A DNA stretch of 64,000 nucleotides from Fidelibacterota bacterium (lineage in GTDB: Bacteria > Fidelibacterota > Marinisomatia > Marinisomatales > Marinisomataceae). The stretch spans positions 145,666 to 209,665 of the forward strand of contig JBJKZP010000008.1 in the NCBI GenBank assembly GCA_045560235.1. The letters run 5' to 3'. The position numbers and the translations under genes were made by a program. The notes beneath the pieces were generated by a model. The model had not been told where the DNA came from. It was given only the letters and a program-made list of their open reading frames with translations, and did not search any database. Below, piece after piece: positions 1-8,111 of this stretch (the first letter of the stretch is position 1; each line of letters starts with the position of its first letter).

Positions 1-717
1 ATTGTTAATTGGATTGTTGACAAACCATTCATATGTAGATTTATTTCCGTTATCTTTAACGCTCCTCAATTTTCCGTTACCAATAGCAACCATATCTGAC
101 GGTACCGTATATGCCATTCGAACGCTATCGGTTTCAGCCGTTATATGGTCTTTGTTTGGCCACCAAATTCTTGCTCCTTCACCTTCACATGAAACTGCAA
201 TCCAGTCCCTGTTTTCTTTATCTTTAGACCAAGTGAATCCTCCTGCCCATGGAGGATTATCAGCATTCTGAGGAACGCCATTATAATAGACAGTAAACTC
301 AAAAAAATTATCTTTTTTAATAGGTTTTACAAAATCAACAATAATAGCATCTTCTTCTCTTGAAAATTTTAGATTTTTATTCTTATGTGTAATTTTTTTT
401 ACATTTAGATTTTTAGCTAAATCAATTTGAAGTTTTTTTAAATTTCTAATACTTTTTGCTTTTATTTTTACAAAACCATCTATTGATTTTTTTTGAACAT
501 TAAAATCTATATTTATATCATAAAAAGATATTTCATAAGAAGATCTATTTTCATTCAAATACCCCATTAAGTAATTATTTCTAGTTAATTCAGGTATATG
601 ATTCTGACTTCCATGAGGTCTAGACTGATCCGCGAGAGAACTTAAATTATAATTGGCTAGCACTACAATGCCTATAAAGACAGTTATTGCAATAAGTTTA
701 TTATAATTTTTTTTCAT
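1..717 (-). CDS. M1-family (aminopeptidase N-type) metallopeptidase, N-terminal 239 codons only; the gene continues past the left edge
   Basis: Absent from the ORF track because it runs off the window. A reverse-strand ATG at 715-717 gives MKKNYNKLIAITVFIGIVVLANYNLSSLADQSRPHGSQN (signal-like). I translated the frame by hand and it stays open to position 1. The segment NGVPQNADNPPWAGGFTWSKDKENRDWIAVSCEGEGARIWWPNKDHITAETDS matches the conserved N-terminal beta-domain of M1 peptidases. The HExxH domain would lie outside the window. Confidence 0.7.
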   Translation of the reverse strand, partial: MKKNYNKLIAITVFIGIVVLANYNLSSLADQSRPHGSQNHIPELTRNNYLMGYLNENRSSYEISFYDINIDFNVQKKSIDGFVKIKAKSIRNLKKLQIDLAKNLNVKKITHKNKNLKFSREEDAIIVDFVKPIKKDNFFEFTVYYNGVPQNADNPPWAGGFTWSKDKENRDWIAVSCEGEGARIWWPNKDHITAETDSVRMAYTVPSDMVAIGNGKLRSVKDNGNKSTYEWFVNNPINN

Positions 718-898
718 AGTAAGTCTTTGTTTTAAAAATATTTTGAGCAAAAATAATATAGTAAAGAATAATGCAAAAAAGGAACCAGAGCACAATTGCA
801 AAGGCTTCTTTTATTATAAATAATATATATACTATGGCAAAATAAATGAGCCATTTAATCCAGGTTGGTTGAGACCATAGTTTTATTATAAAGTTCAT
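701..898 (-). CDS. small hydrophobic protein (2 predicted TM helices), unknown function
   Basis: 65-aa ORF. Its ATG overlaps the upstream stop in a TAATG junction, and its 3' end overlaps the M1 peptidase start by 17 nt. The sequence is strongly hydrophobic (WLIYFAIVYILFII, IVLWFLFCIILYYIIF). No family recognised. Confidence 0.4.
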   Translation of the reverse strand: MNFIIKLWSQPTWIKWLIYFAIVYILFIIKEAFAIVLWFLFCIILYYIIFAQNIFKTKTYYEKKL

Positions 899-1608
899 TA
901 TTTAAATTTACTTAAATAGTTATAATATTTCATTGCTTCATTATAAATAGAATCATATTTACTCTCAATGCTAATATCCCTTTTTTTTAATTTTTGAAAG
1001 CCTGTACTTTCGATTACATTTTCATACCAATGTTTCCACCAAATACCATCATTTGGATGATTTCCTTTTTCCCAGCTAAGCATTGATTTATCAAAATTAA
1101 TGTTAATTTTTTTACACCATTTGGATAAAGCATTTTCAGGGTTTTTAAGCAAATCGCTTGAATCTATTACTATAAATGATTTATCAGATTTTTGTAGAAA
1201 TTTAACAATCTTATATTGCTGAGGATAGCCAAGCTCTTCAATACTGTATAATTTATTTTTTTCTGTATAAGAATTAATTACTTCATTAGGTTGTCTGATA
1301 AGAATGCAGTTTTCAAATTTTTTAATCCAATCAATATTTTTAAAATCAATCAAATGATGTGACATATGTTTTTGATACCAGATTTTTTTCTTTTGTGGTA
1401 TATCAGATATAAGCTTTCCTGCTATATCTTCATAATTGATAGAATAGTTTTTTAATATTTCCTTATGCATTGGATGCTCTAATCCCTTTTGTTTTAAATA
1501 ATATGCATAAAAAGGTTCATCAATTACAGCAGTATCTTTCCTCGATGACCAAGATCTCATAAGAGCAGTTGAAATATTTCTAGGGCCTGACCAGCATGCA
1601 ATTCTCAT
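898..1608 (-). CDS. sulfotransferase-like / P-loop-like protein of unknown specificity
   Basis: The N-terminus MRIACWSGPRNISTALMRS resembles the PAPS 5'-phosphosulfate-binding loop of sulfotransferases. 4-nt overlap with the upstream aminotransferase gene. Family assignment is by memory of the motif only. Confidence 0.45.
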   Translation of the reverse strand: MRIACWSGPRNISTALMRSWSSRKDTAVIDEPFYAYYLKQKGLEHPMHKEILKNYSINYEDIAGKLISDIPQKKKIWYQKHMSHHLIDFKNIDWIKKFENCILIRQPNEVINSYTEKNKLYSIEELGYPQQYKIVKFLQKSDKSFIVIDSSDLLKNPENALSKWCKKININFDKSMLSWEKGNHPNDGIWWKHWYENVIESTGFQKLKKRDISIESKYDSIYNEAMKYYNYLSKFK

Positions 1609-2516
1609 GATGATTTAATGTAGTTTTGAATATGTTCATTATATAGAAATCCAATTTTACTTACCAGAGATTTAGAATTTGTTGACTCTAATTTCCTTCC
1701 TTCAAGATAAGAAACTGGAATAACGCCCGCAAAGGTTCCAGTTACAAAAGCCTCATTACAATCTTTAATATCATCAAAGGTAAAGTCAGTTTGATCGCAT
1801 TCGATATTATTACTATCACATAAGCTAATAACTTCTCCTCTCGTTATACCATTTAAGCAATATTTTCCCGTAGAGGTCATAACATTATTATGTTTGATAA
1901 AAAATAAATTTGTTGAATTGCATGTACTAATATTGCCATTTAAGTCATTCATTATACCTTCATCATATTCAAGCTTATTTGCTTCAATACTAGCCAATAT
2001 ACAATTCAACTTACTCAAAGTGTTAAAGTGTGGATTTAATATATCTTGATTTGGTCTGATATTCGGCACTCTACCAATAGATATTCCTTTTTGATATACT
2101 TTAGGATCAGTTTTTTTATGTTCCGGAATTATAACAAAATTCATTGGACCAACATTTGCATTTGGATTTTGGTAAGGAGTAATTTTATCTCCTCTGGATA
2201 CCACTAGACGTATATGGATATCATCATCCATACTATTTTTCTCTAAAACCTTCATTACTTCACTGATTATTTGTTTTTTGGTTAGAGAAATATTTAATGA
2301 AATACCTTTTGCACTATCATATAATCTATCTAGGTGTTTTTCTATAAAGACTAATTTTTTTTTATGTAATCTTATACCTTCCCAAACTCCATCACCAAGT
2401 AGAAATCCGCTATCAAAAACAGAAATTTTTGCCTGATTTCGATGTACCAATTTGCCATTAATATTGATATAAATATCGTCATTTTTTGGGTTCGATATAT
2501 AGGAATGACTGCTCAT
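1605..2516 (-). CDS. fold-type IV (class IV) aminotransferase, BCAT / D-amino-acid aminotransferase / ADC-lyase family
   Basis: Motifs GFLLGDGVWEGIR, HIRLVVSRG, LNGITRG and FVTGT are typical of class IV PLP enzymes. The track ORF (to 2528) would overlap the tRNA, so I chose the internal ATG at 2514-2516 (MSSHSYISN). Confidence 0.8.
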   Translation of the reverse strand: MSSHSYISNPKNDDIYININGKLVHRNQAKISVFDSGFLLGDGVWEGIRLHKKKLVFIEKHLDRLYDSAKGISLNISLTKKQIISEVMKVLEKNSMDDDIHIRLVVSRGDKITPYQNPNANVGPMNFVIIPEHKKTDPKVYQKGISIGRVPNIRPNQDILNPHFNTLSKLNCILASIEANKLEYDEGIMNDLNGNISTCNSTNLFFIKHNNVMTSTGKYCLNGITRGEVISLCDSNNIECDQTDFTFDDIKDCNEAFVTGTFAGVIPVSYLEGRKLESTNSKSLVSKIGFLYNEHIQNYIKSS

Positions 2517-2519
2517 TTG

Positions 2520-2593
2520 TGGGCCCACAGGGACTTGAACCCCGAACCTGCGGATTATGAGTCCGTTGCTCTAACCAATTGAGCTATGGGCCC
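2520..2593 (-). tRNA. tRNA with CAT anticodon (elongator Met or lysidine-type Ile2)
   Basis: The reverse strand reads GGGCCCATAGCTCAATTGGTTAGAGCAACGGACTCATAATCCGCAGGTTCGGGGTTCAAGTCCCTGTGGGCCCA. It has a 7-bp acceptor stem GGGCCCA/TGGGCCC, a D arm GCTC..GAGC, an anticodon loop CTCATAA, a T arm CGGGG-TTCAAGT-CCCTG and discriminator A. 74 nt, with no encoded CCA. Confidence 0.85.
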
Positions 2594-2666
2594 TGCGAGA
2601 AGATATAAATAATATTTAATATAAATATAGATTTAATCTAAAAAAATTACTTATTATCTTCCCAAT

Positions 2667-3521
2667 ATGAACGTAGGAATAATTGGTTTAGGTTATGTAG
2701 GATCAGCTTGTAAAAGTTTATTTAAAGAATATTTTTCATTAAATACTTACGATATACAAAAAGATTGCAACTGCAAATCTGCTCAACAGGTTGCTAAAAA
2801 TTCAGATATTATTTTTATTTGCCTTCCAACTCCAATGCAAAAAGATAGAAGTTGTGATTTATCAATAATTCACTCTGTTTTAGATCAAATTAACAATCTA
2901 AATATCAAAAAGTTTATTGTGATTAAATCGACGGTTGAAATTGGTACGACTGAAAGATTTACTGCACATTATAAAAATCTTGATTTTATATTTAATCCAG
3001 AATTCTTAACAGAAGCAAATTTTATTGAAGATTTTAAAAATCAAGATAGAATTGTTATAGGATCACATTCTGATGAAGCTGCAAGAGCATTGACCGAACT
3101 ATACAGTACTATTTATTCAAAAAATGACAATGTTAGGATTGAAAGAACAACACCTACTAATGCAGAGTTAGTAAAATATGTTACAAACTCCTTTTTAGCT
3201 GTAAAAGTTTCATTTGCAAATGAAATTAGTTTATTTGCAAAGCAAATTGGCGCTGATTATGATAAAGTAATTGAATTATCAACTCTTGATAAAAGATTAG
3301 GAAGTTCTCATTGGTCAGTTCCTGGACCAGATGGTAGTAATGGATTTGGAGGATCATGTTTTCCTAAAGATATTAACTCACTAATTAATAGTTTTCACAA
3401 AAATGGTATTGAAGCCAAAGTTTTAGAAGCTGCATGGGATAGAAATATTACAATTGACAGACCGCAAAAAGATTGGCTGAAATTAAAGGGTAGAGCAGTA
3501 TCCAATGAAGAATCATCATAA
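2667..3521 (+). CDS. UDP-glucose/GDP-mannose dehydrogenase-family protein with N-terminal and central domains only
   Basis: Rossmann motif MNVGIIGLGYVGSA and the catalytic-Cys motif GFGGSCFPKD (aa 227-236). The ORF ends at aa 284, so the C-terminal UDP-sugar-binding domain of about 100-150 aa seen in canonical enzymes is absent. Confidence 0.75.
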   Translation: MNVGIIGLGYVGSACKSLFKEYFSLNTYDIQKDCNCKSAQQVAKNSDIIFICLPTPMQKDRSCDLSIIHSVLDQINNLNIKKFIVIKSTVEIGTTERFTAHYKNLDFIFNPEFLTEANFIEDFKNQDRIVIGSHSDEAARALTELYSTIYSKNDNVRIERTTPTNAELVKYVTNSFLAVKVSFANEISLFAKQIGADYDKVIELSTLDKRLGSSHWSVPGPDGSNGFGGSCFPKDINSLINSFHKNGIEAKVLEAAWDRNITIDRPQKDWLKLKGRAVSNEESS

Positions 3522-4671
3522 AGCTACTGCAATCATTTTAGCTAGATCTGGTTCAAAAGGCATAATTGATAAAAATCTACAAAAAATTGCTAAAAAATCT
3601 CTTCTAGAATGTTCAATAAATACGGCATTTCAATCTCAAGCAATAGAAAATATTTTTGTATCTAGTGATTCTGAAAAATATTTAAAGATCGCTGAAATGT
3701 GTGGCGCTAATCCTATTGTAAGGCCTAATCATTTATCATCAGATCAGTCTTCATCTGAAGAAGGTTTGTTACATGCAATTAAGTTTATTGAAGAAAATAA
3801 TTACAAGCTTAATGAAACTATTATTTTTATACAGTGCACTTCACCCTTAACAGATTCAAAAGATATTGATAACGCTTTTTTAAAATTTAATGAAAAAAAA
3901 TATGATTCACTTTTTTCAGCAGTAGATCACCATGGTTTTATTTGGAAAAGAGATGATATTAAAGGTATTAACCATAATGAAAATCATTTAAGAGAAAGAA
4001 GGCAAGATAAAGATAGAGAGATTTTAGAAACAGGTGCATTTTATATTTTAAATACTTCACAATTTAAAACAACTAAGAATCGTTTTTTTGGGGAAATTGG
4101 CTTTTTTATCCAGGACAAAATTAACAGTTTTGAAATAGATGATAGTTTTGATTTGGAGTTAAACAGGTTTATTTACAAAAAATATTTAAGACATCATAAA
4201 AAAATCAATATTCAAAAAGTTAAATTAATAGTATCAGATTTTGATGGAGTTTTGACTGATAACAATGTTGAAACAAATAAAGATGGAATAGAATCAGTTA
4301 TTACTAGCAAGTCTGATAGCTTGGCTATATCTACTTTTAGAAAAGAAAATCCTCATATTCCTATTATAGTACTGACTTCAGAACAAAATATTTCTGTTCA
4401 AAAAAGATGCGAAAAATTACAATTACCTTGTCATCAAGTGACATCAGATAAAAAGGAATATTTATCTCAATATTTATCTAGAAATAATATCTCTCCTGAA
4501 AATGTGGTTTATGTAGGTAATGATAAAAATGATTTAACTTGCCTTAATTATGTTGGTTTTCCAATAGCGGTAGCAGATTCAGACCCAAAATTATTTTCTG
4601 ACTCAATTTTAATTTTAAATTCTAAGGGTGGCGGTGGCGCCTTAAAGGAATTAATTAATCTTATTAAATAA
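3505..4671 (+). CDS. bifunctional CMP-nonulosonate synthetase (NeuA-type cytidylyltransferase) fused to a KdsC-type HAD phosphatase
   Basis: The N-terminus ATAIILARSGSKGIIDKNL and IFIQCTSPL are NeuA/CMP-sialate synthetase motifs. The C-terminal half has the HAD motifs VSDFDGVLTDNNV (DxD), VLTSEQ and VGNDKNDL, and resembles the stand-alone kdsC at 57291-57833. Confidence 0.8.
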   Translation: MKNHHKATAIILARSGSKGIIDKNLQKIAKKSLLECSINTAFQSQAIENIFVSSDSEKYLKIAEMCGANPIVRPNHLSSDQSSSEEGLLHAIKFIEENNYKLNETIIFIQCTSPLTDSKDIDNAFLKFNEKKYDSLFSAVDHHGFIWKRDDIKGINHNENHLRERRQDKDREILETGAFYILNTSQFKTTKNRFFGEIGFFIQDKINSFEIDDSFDLELNRFIYKKYLRHHKKINIQKVKLIVSDFDGVLTDNNVETNKDGIESVITSKSDSLAISTFRKENPHIPIIVLTSEQNISVQKRCEKLQLPCHQVTSDKKEYLSQYLSRNNISPENVVYVGNDKNDLTCLNYVGFPIAVADSDPKLFSDSILILNSKGGGGALKELINLIK

Positions 4672-4709
4672 ACAATTGATTAATAATTTTAAATATTGCA
4701 ATATTACTC

Positions 4710-5570
4710 GTGAATTTAATAAAAAATATCAAATCAAATGATTCTGTTTACATCATTGCTGAAATTGGGTTAAACCATAACGGCGACATAGATATTGCAA
4801 AAAAACTCATTGATGTTGCGGCAGAAGCAGGCTGTGATGCAGTAAAATTTCAAAAGAGAACCCCTGACCTTTGTGTTCCTGAAGATCAAAAGCAAATCGA
4901 AAGAGATACGCCTTGGGGCAGAATGACATATATTGATTACAGACATAAAATTGAATTTGAAGATAAAGAATATTCGATAATAAATGAATATTGCATTAAA
5001 AAGAATATTGAGTGGTTTGTTTCCACATGGGATCATAATTCTGTAGATGTTATGGAAAAAATTGGAGTTTGTGCTTATAAGGTCCCTTCAGCATGTTTAA
5101 CAGATTTAGATATGTTAACTAAATTAAGCAATACTCAAAAGCCAGTTATAATTTCAACAGGAATGTCAACCCTTGAACAAATAGATAGGGCAGTACAATA
5201 CTTTGATAAAAATTTACTTTCAATATTACATTGTACTAGCGCATATCCATGTAGCAATAATGAAATTAATCTCAATATGATTCATAAATTGAAATCTTTA
5301 TATCCTGAAAATGTCATTGGTTATTCTGGGCACGAAACAGGATTGCAAATATCCTTAGCAGCCGTAGCTATGGGATCAAAAATTATTGAGAGACATATTA
5401 CTTTAGATAGAACAATGTGGGGAAGTGATCAATCTGCTTCAATTGAACCTAGGGGCTTAGAAACACTTGTAAGAGATATTAGAGTAATAGAACAGGCTAT
5501 GGGAGATGGAGAAAAAATTATATATGATTCTGAGCTATCTTCTCTTGAAAAATTAAGAAGATTCAAATAA
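4710..5570 (+). CDS. NeuB-family nonulosonate (sialic acid / KDN) synthase, TIM-barrel only, no SAF/antifreeze-like domain
   Basis: IIAEIGLNHNGDIDIAKKLIDVAAEAGCDAVKFQKR, ISTGMS and GYSGHE are NeuB/PseI/LegI family motifs. GTG start. At 286 aa it is about 50-60 aa shorter than typical NeuB. Confidence 0.85.
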   Translation: MNLIKNIKSNDSVYIIAEIGLNHNGDIDIAKKLIDVAAEAGCDAVKFQKRTPDLCVPEDQKQIERDTPWGRMTYIDYRHKIEFEDKEYSIINEYCIKKNIEWFVSTWDHNSVDVMEKIGVCAYKVPSACLTDLDMLTKLSNTQKPVIISTGMSTLEQIDRAVQYFDKNLLSILHCTSAYPCSNNEINLNMIHKLKSLYPENVIGYSGHETGLQISLAAVAMGSKIIERHITLDRTMWGSDQSASIEPRGLETLVRDIRVIEQAMGDGEKIIYDSELSSLEKLRRFK

Positions 5571-6464
5571 ATCTTTTCTAAATTCATCACTTCTTAATAC
5601 TAGGTATGATAACAAGACGCCCATACTTATAATAATTGATAAAACTACAATTAATTTTCTCTGCGGAAATGATTTTTTATGAGCCTCTTTAGGTTTATCA
5701 AGAGCAACAAGTAAAGGCAAATTATCAGATTGATTTATTTTTGACATCTCAAGTTCTTTTAAGAGGGAAGAATATGTATTAGATAAAATACTGACCTGTC
5801 TTTCTAATCTTTTCTTTTGAGCAATTAGTATTTCTGAATCATTAATACTTTTATTATTTGTTAAAAATATAACTAATTCATCTTCTTTTTCTTTTAGTTC
5901 AGATTTGTATTTACCAGTTAGTTCATTAAAAAATGATACTTTGTCACTTGATTTTTTTTGGTTAACCTGGATTAGAAGGTTTGATATTTCTAAGAAAAAT
6001 ACTTCAATAAATTCTTTAGATAGTTGCTTACTTTCAAGACTCGCAGTTATAGATATCAAACCAGATTTTTTATTTTCATTAAATGTTATTCTGGATTTAA
6101 GTTTTTTGACATTACTATTAATTATTTCTCTATCAATATTAAAATCATTATTCATTGACCAGTTAAAAAAAGACTGATCAAGTATCCAATATTCAATTAA
6201 TGATTTATTAAGTGATTTATAATTTTTTAAAAGCATTTTTTCATAAATATCATTTGATGATAAAATATCTATAATGCTAAAATCATGATTGCTTACCACA
6301 GGACTTCCAGATAACATTAACTGCGATAAATCAAAATTGCTAAAACTTGAAGTTGAATCACCCTTTTTAGTATAAAAAGATATTGTTGAATCATATCTTG
6401 GGGGAATAATAATTGAAATAAAAATACTTATAAGTGCAGTTGCAAATAAGACTCTTAAAAACAA
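5553..6464 (-). CDS. Wzz-like polysaccharide chain-length determinant protein (no kinase domain)
   Basis: N-terminal TM followed by PPRYDSTISF (Wzz PxxY-type motif), a long coiled-coil periplasmic region, and a C-terminal TM (LIVVLSIIISMGVLLSYLVL). It sits in a glycan locus. Confidence 0.6.
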   Translation of the reverse strand: MFLRVLFATALISIFISIIIPPRYDSTISFYTKKGDSTSSFSNFDLSQLMLSGSPVVSNHDFSIIDILSSNDIYEKMLLKNYKSLNKSLIEYWILDQSFFNWSMNNDFNIDREIINSNVKKLKSRITFNENKKSGLISITASLESKQLSKEFIEVFFLEISNLLIQVNQKKSSDKVSFFNELTGKYKSELKEKEDELVIFLTNNKSINDSEILIAQKKRLERQVSILSNTYSSLLKELEMSKINQSDNLPLLVALDKPKEAHKKSFPQRKLIVVLSIIISMGVLLSYLVLRSDEFRKDLFESS

Positions 6465-6513
6465 ACCTTTATTTAGAAATAATATTCTCTGAAACAGTTT
6501 AATTGATGAAGAA

Positions 6514-7128
6514 TTAATGACCGCGTCCTCCTGTTACAATCCCAATGGTTTTTAAAATTATTTTAAAGTCCATTGTAAAACTCCAATTATTTATATATTC
6601 TAAATCTAGCTTAATCCAGTTTTTAAAAGAAGATATTTTTTCTCTCTCGCTTACTTGCCATAGGCCAGTTATACCTGGACGAATATTATGCCTTTGTTTA
6701 GAAAAAGTTTCTTCCATTTTTTCAACTTCATAATCTGGCAATGGTCTTGGCCCCACTAAATTCATATCCCTAGAAAAAATATTTATTAGTTGCGGAAGTT
6801 CATCTAAGCTATATCTACGGAGAAATTTGCCTACTTTAGTTAATCTTGGATCATTTTTAATTTTAAATACTGGGCCTGTAGCTTCGTTTAAATGCATTAC
6901 ACTTTCATTGGTATTTTCTTCGCTGTGAGTCATCGTACGAAATTTATAAATATTAAATTTTTTCAAATTTTTACCAATTCTTTTTTGAGTAAAAAGTATA
7001 GGTCCATTTGAATCAAGTTTTATTATAAATGAGATCAATATCATTGCAGGTAAAAAAATGATAAAAATAATCAAAGAAATTATTGTATCATTAACTTCTT
7101 TAATTAAAAACTTTAACTTGTTAAACAT
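6514..7128 (-). CDS. undecaprenyl-phosphate sugar phosphotransferase (small PglC/WbaP-C-type initiating transferase)
   Basis: GPILFTQKRIGKNLKKFNIYKFRTM, DELPQLINIFSRDMNLVGPRPL and GITGLWQV are bacterial sugar transferase hallmarks. Confidence 0.85.
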   Translation of the reverse strand: MFNKLKFLIKEVNDTIISLIIFIIFLPAMILISFIIKLDSNGPILFTQKRIGKNLKKFNIYKFRTMTHSEENTNESVMHLNEATGPVFKIKNDPRLTKVGKFLRRYSLDELPQLINIFSRDMNLVGPRPLPDYEVEKMEETFSKQRHNIRPGITGLWQVSEREKISSFKNWIKLDLEYINNWSFTMDFKIILKTIGIVTGGRGH

Positions 7129-8062
7129 TTAATTTTTGAAAATATTTTATTGTTTTTTCAATACCAATTTCTGCTGGAGTTAAATCATTCCATGGAATCA
7201 ATTTACTTATTTGGCTTAGATCCGGTTTTCTTTGAAGTGGATCATTTTCTGGTAGTGGTGAAAATTTTAACTGTGATTTAGAGTTGCTTATACTGATTAT
7301 TAACTCTGCAATACTTAAGATAGTCCTTTCTTTGTCATTTCCAATATTTGTTATAGTATTTTTTTCATCTATTTGAGAAATATTAATAATTCCTTTAACA
7401 AGATCGTCAATAAAACAAAGAGATCTGGTCTGTTTTCCATCTCCATAAATTGTAATGTCTCTATTATTAATTGCTTGCATAATAAAGTTTGAAACTACTC
7501 TGCCGTCATTATGTGCCATGTGTGGGCCATAAGTATTAAAAATTCTTAAAATATTAAATTTAATATTATATTTTTCACAATAATCTTTGAGATAAGTTTC
7601 TGCAAATCTTTTTCCTTCATCATAGCAGGACCTTATCCCGTTAATATTCACATTACCAAAATAACTTTCATTTTGAGGATGAACTAAAGGGTCCCCGTAT
7701 ATTTCACTTGTGGAGGCATGAATTATATGACTATCGTTATTTTTAGCATTATCGCAAACGTTCATGATGCCCAATGCAGAGGTTTCAGCAGTAAAAACTT
7801 TATCTTCTTGATATTTAACTGGAGAGGCTGGACAAGCTAAATTAATTATTAAATCGGCTTTAATATTAAATGCTTTTCTAATATCATGATTAATAAATTT
7901 AAAGTTATCAGACTTAAGAATTTCAATATTTTCTTTTTTGCCTGAATATAAATTATCAATACATACAACTTGCGCATTAGTATTTGTTAATAAATATTTG
8001 CAAAGATTAGTTCCAATAAAACCTGCCCCACCTGTAACTAATACTTTTTTGTAATTAAACAT
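7121..8062 (-). CDS. UDP-glucuronate decarboxylase (UDP-xylose synthase)-like SDR
   Basis: VLVTGGAGFIGTNL, STSEIYGDP and CYDEGKRFAETY (YxxxK with the UXS-type DEGKR context). Confidence 0.75.
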   Translation of the reverse strand: MFNYKKVLVTGGAGFIGTNLCKYLLTNTNAQVVCIDNLYSGKKENIEILKSDNFKFINHDIRKAFNIKADLIINLACPASPVKYQEDKVFTAETSALGIMNVCDNAKNNDSHIIHASTSEIYGDPLVHPQNESYFGNVNINGIRSCYDEGKRFAETYLKDYCEKYNIKFNILRIFNTYGPHMAHNDGRVVSNFIMQAINNRDITIYGDGKQTRSLCFIDDLVKGIINISQIDEKNTITNIGNDKERTILSIAELIISISNSKSQLKFSPLPENDPLQRKPDLSQISKLIPWNDLTPAEIGIEKTIKYFQKLNV

Positions 8063-8111
8063 TGGTTTGAAAGCTATAGAATTTTTATATAATAATTAAA
8101 TAATAATTTCA

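Noticed and set aside
2-271. 89-aa plus-strand ORF at the left edge
   Set aside because: It lies antisense to, and entirely within, the hand-translated M1 peptidase frame, which carries strong family motifs. It has no motif of its own, so it is a shadow ORF.
2517-2528. N-terminal extension of the aminotransferase ORF (MGPQ...), and similar extensions of metK (to 21516), ybeY (from 26231), mazG (from 26628), permease 1 (from 51300), the SDR (to 9984) and the NTase-fold gene (to 17520)
   Set aside because: The extensions overlap the tRNA or the upstream gene by tens of nt. The conserved protein N-termini begin at internal Met codons that give the short 4-14-nt overlaps typical of this genome.
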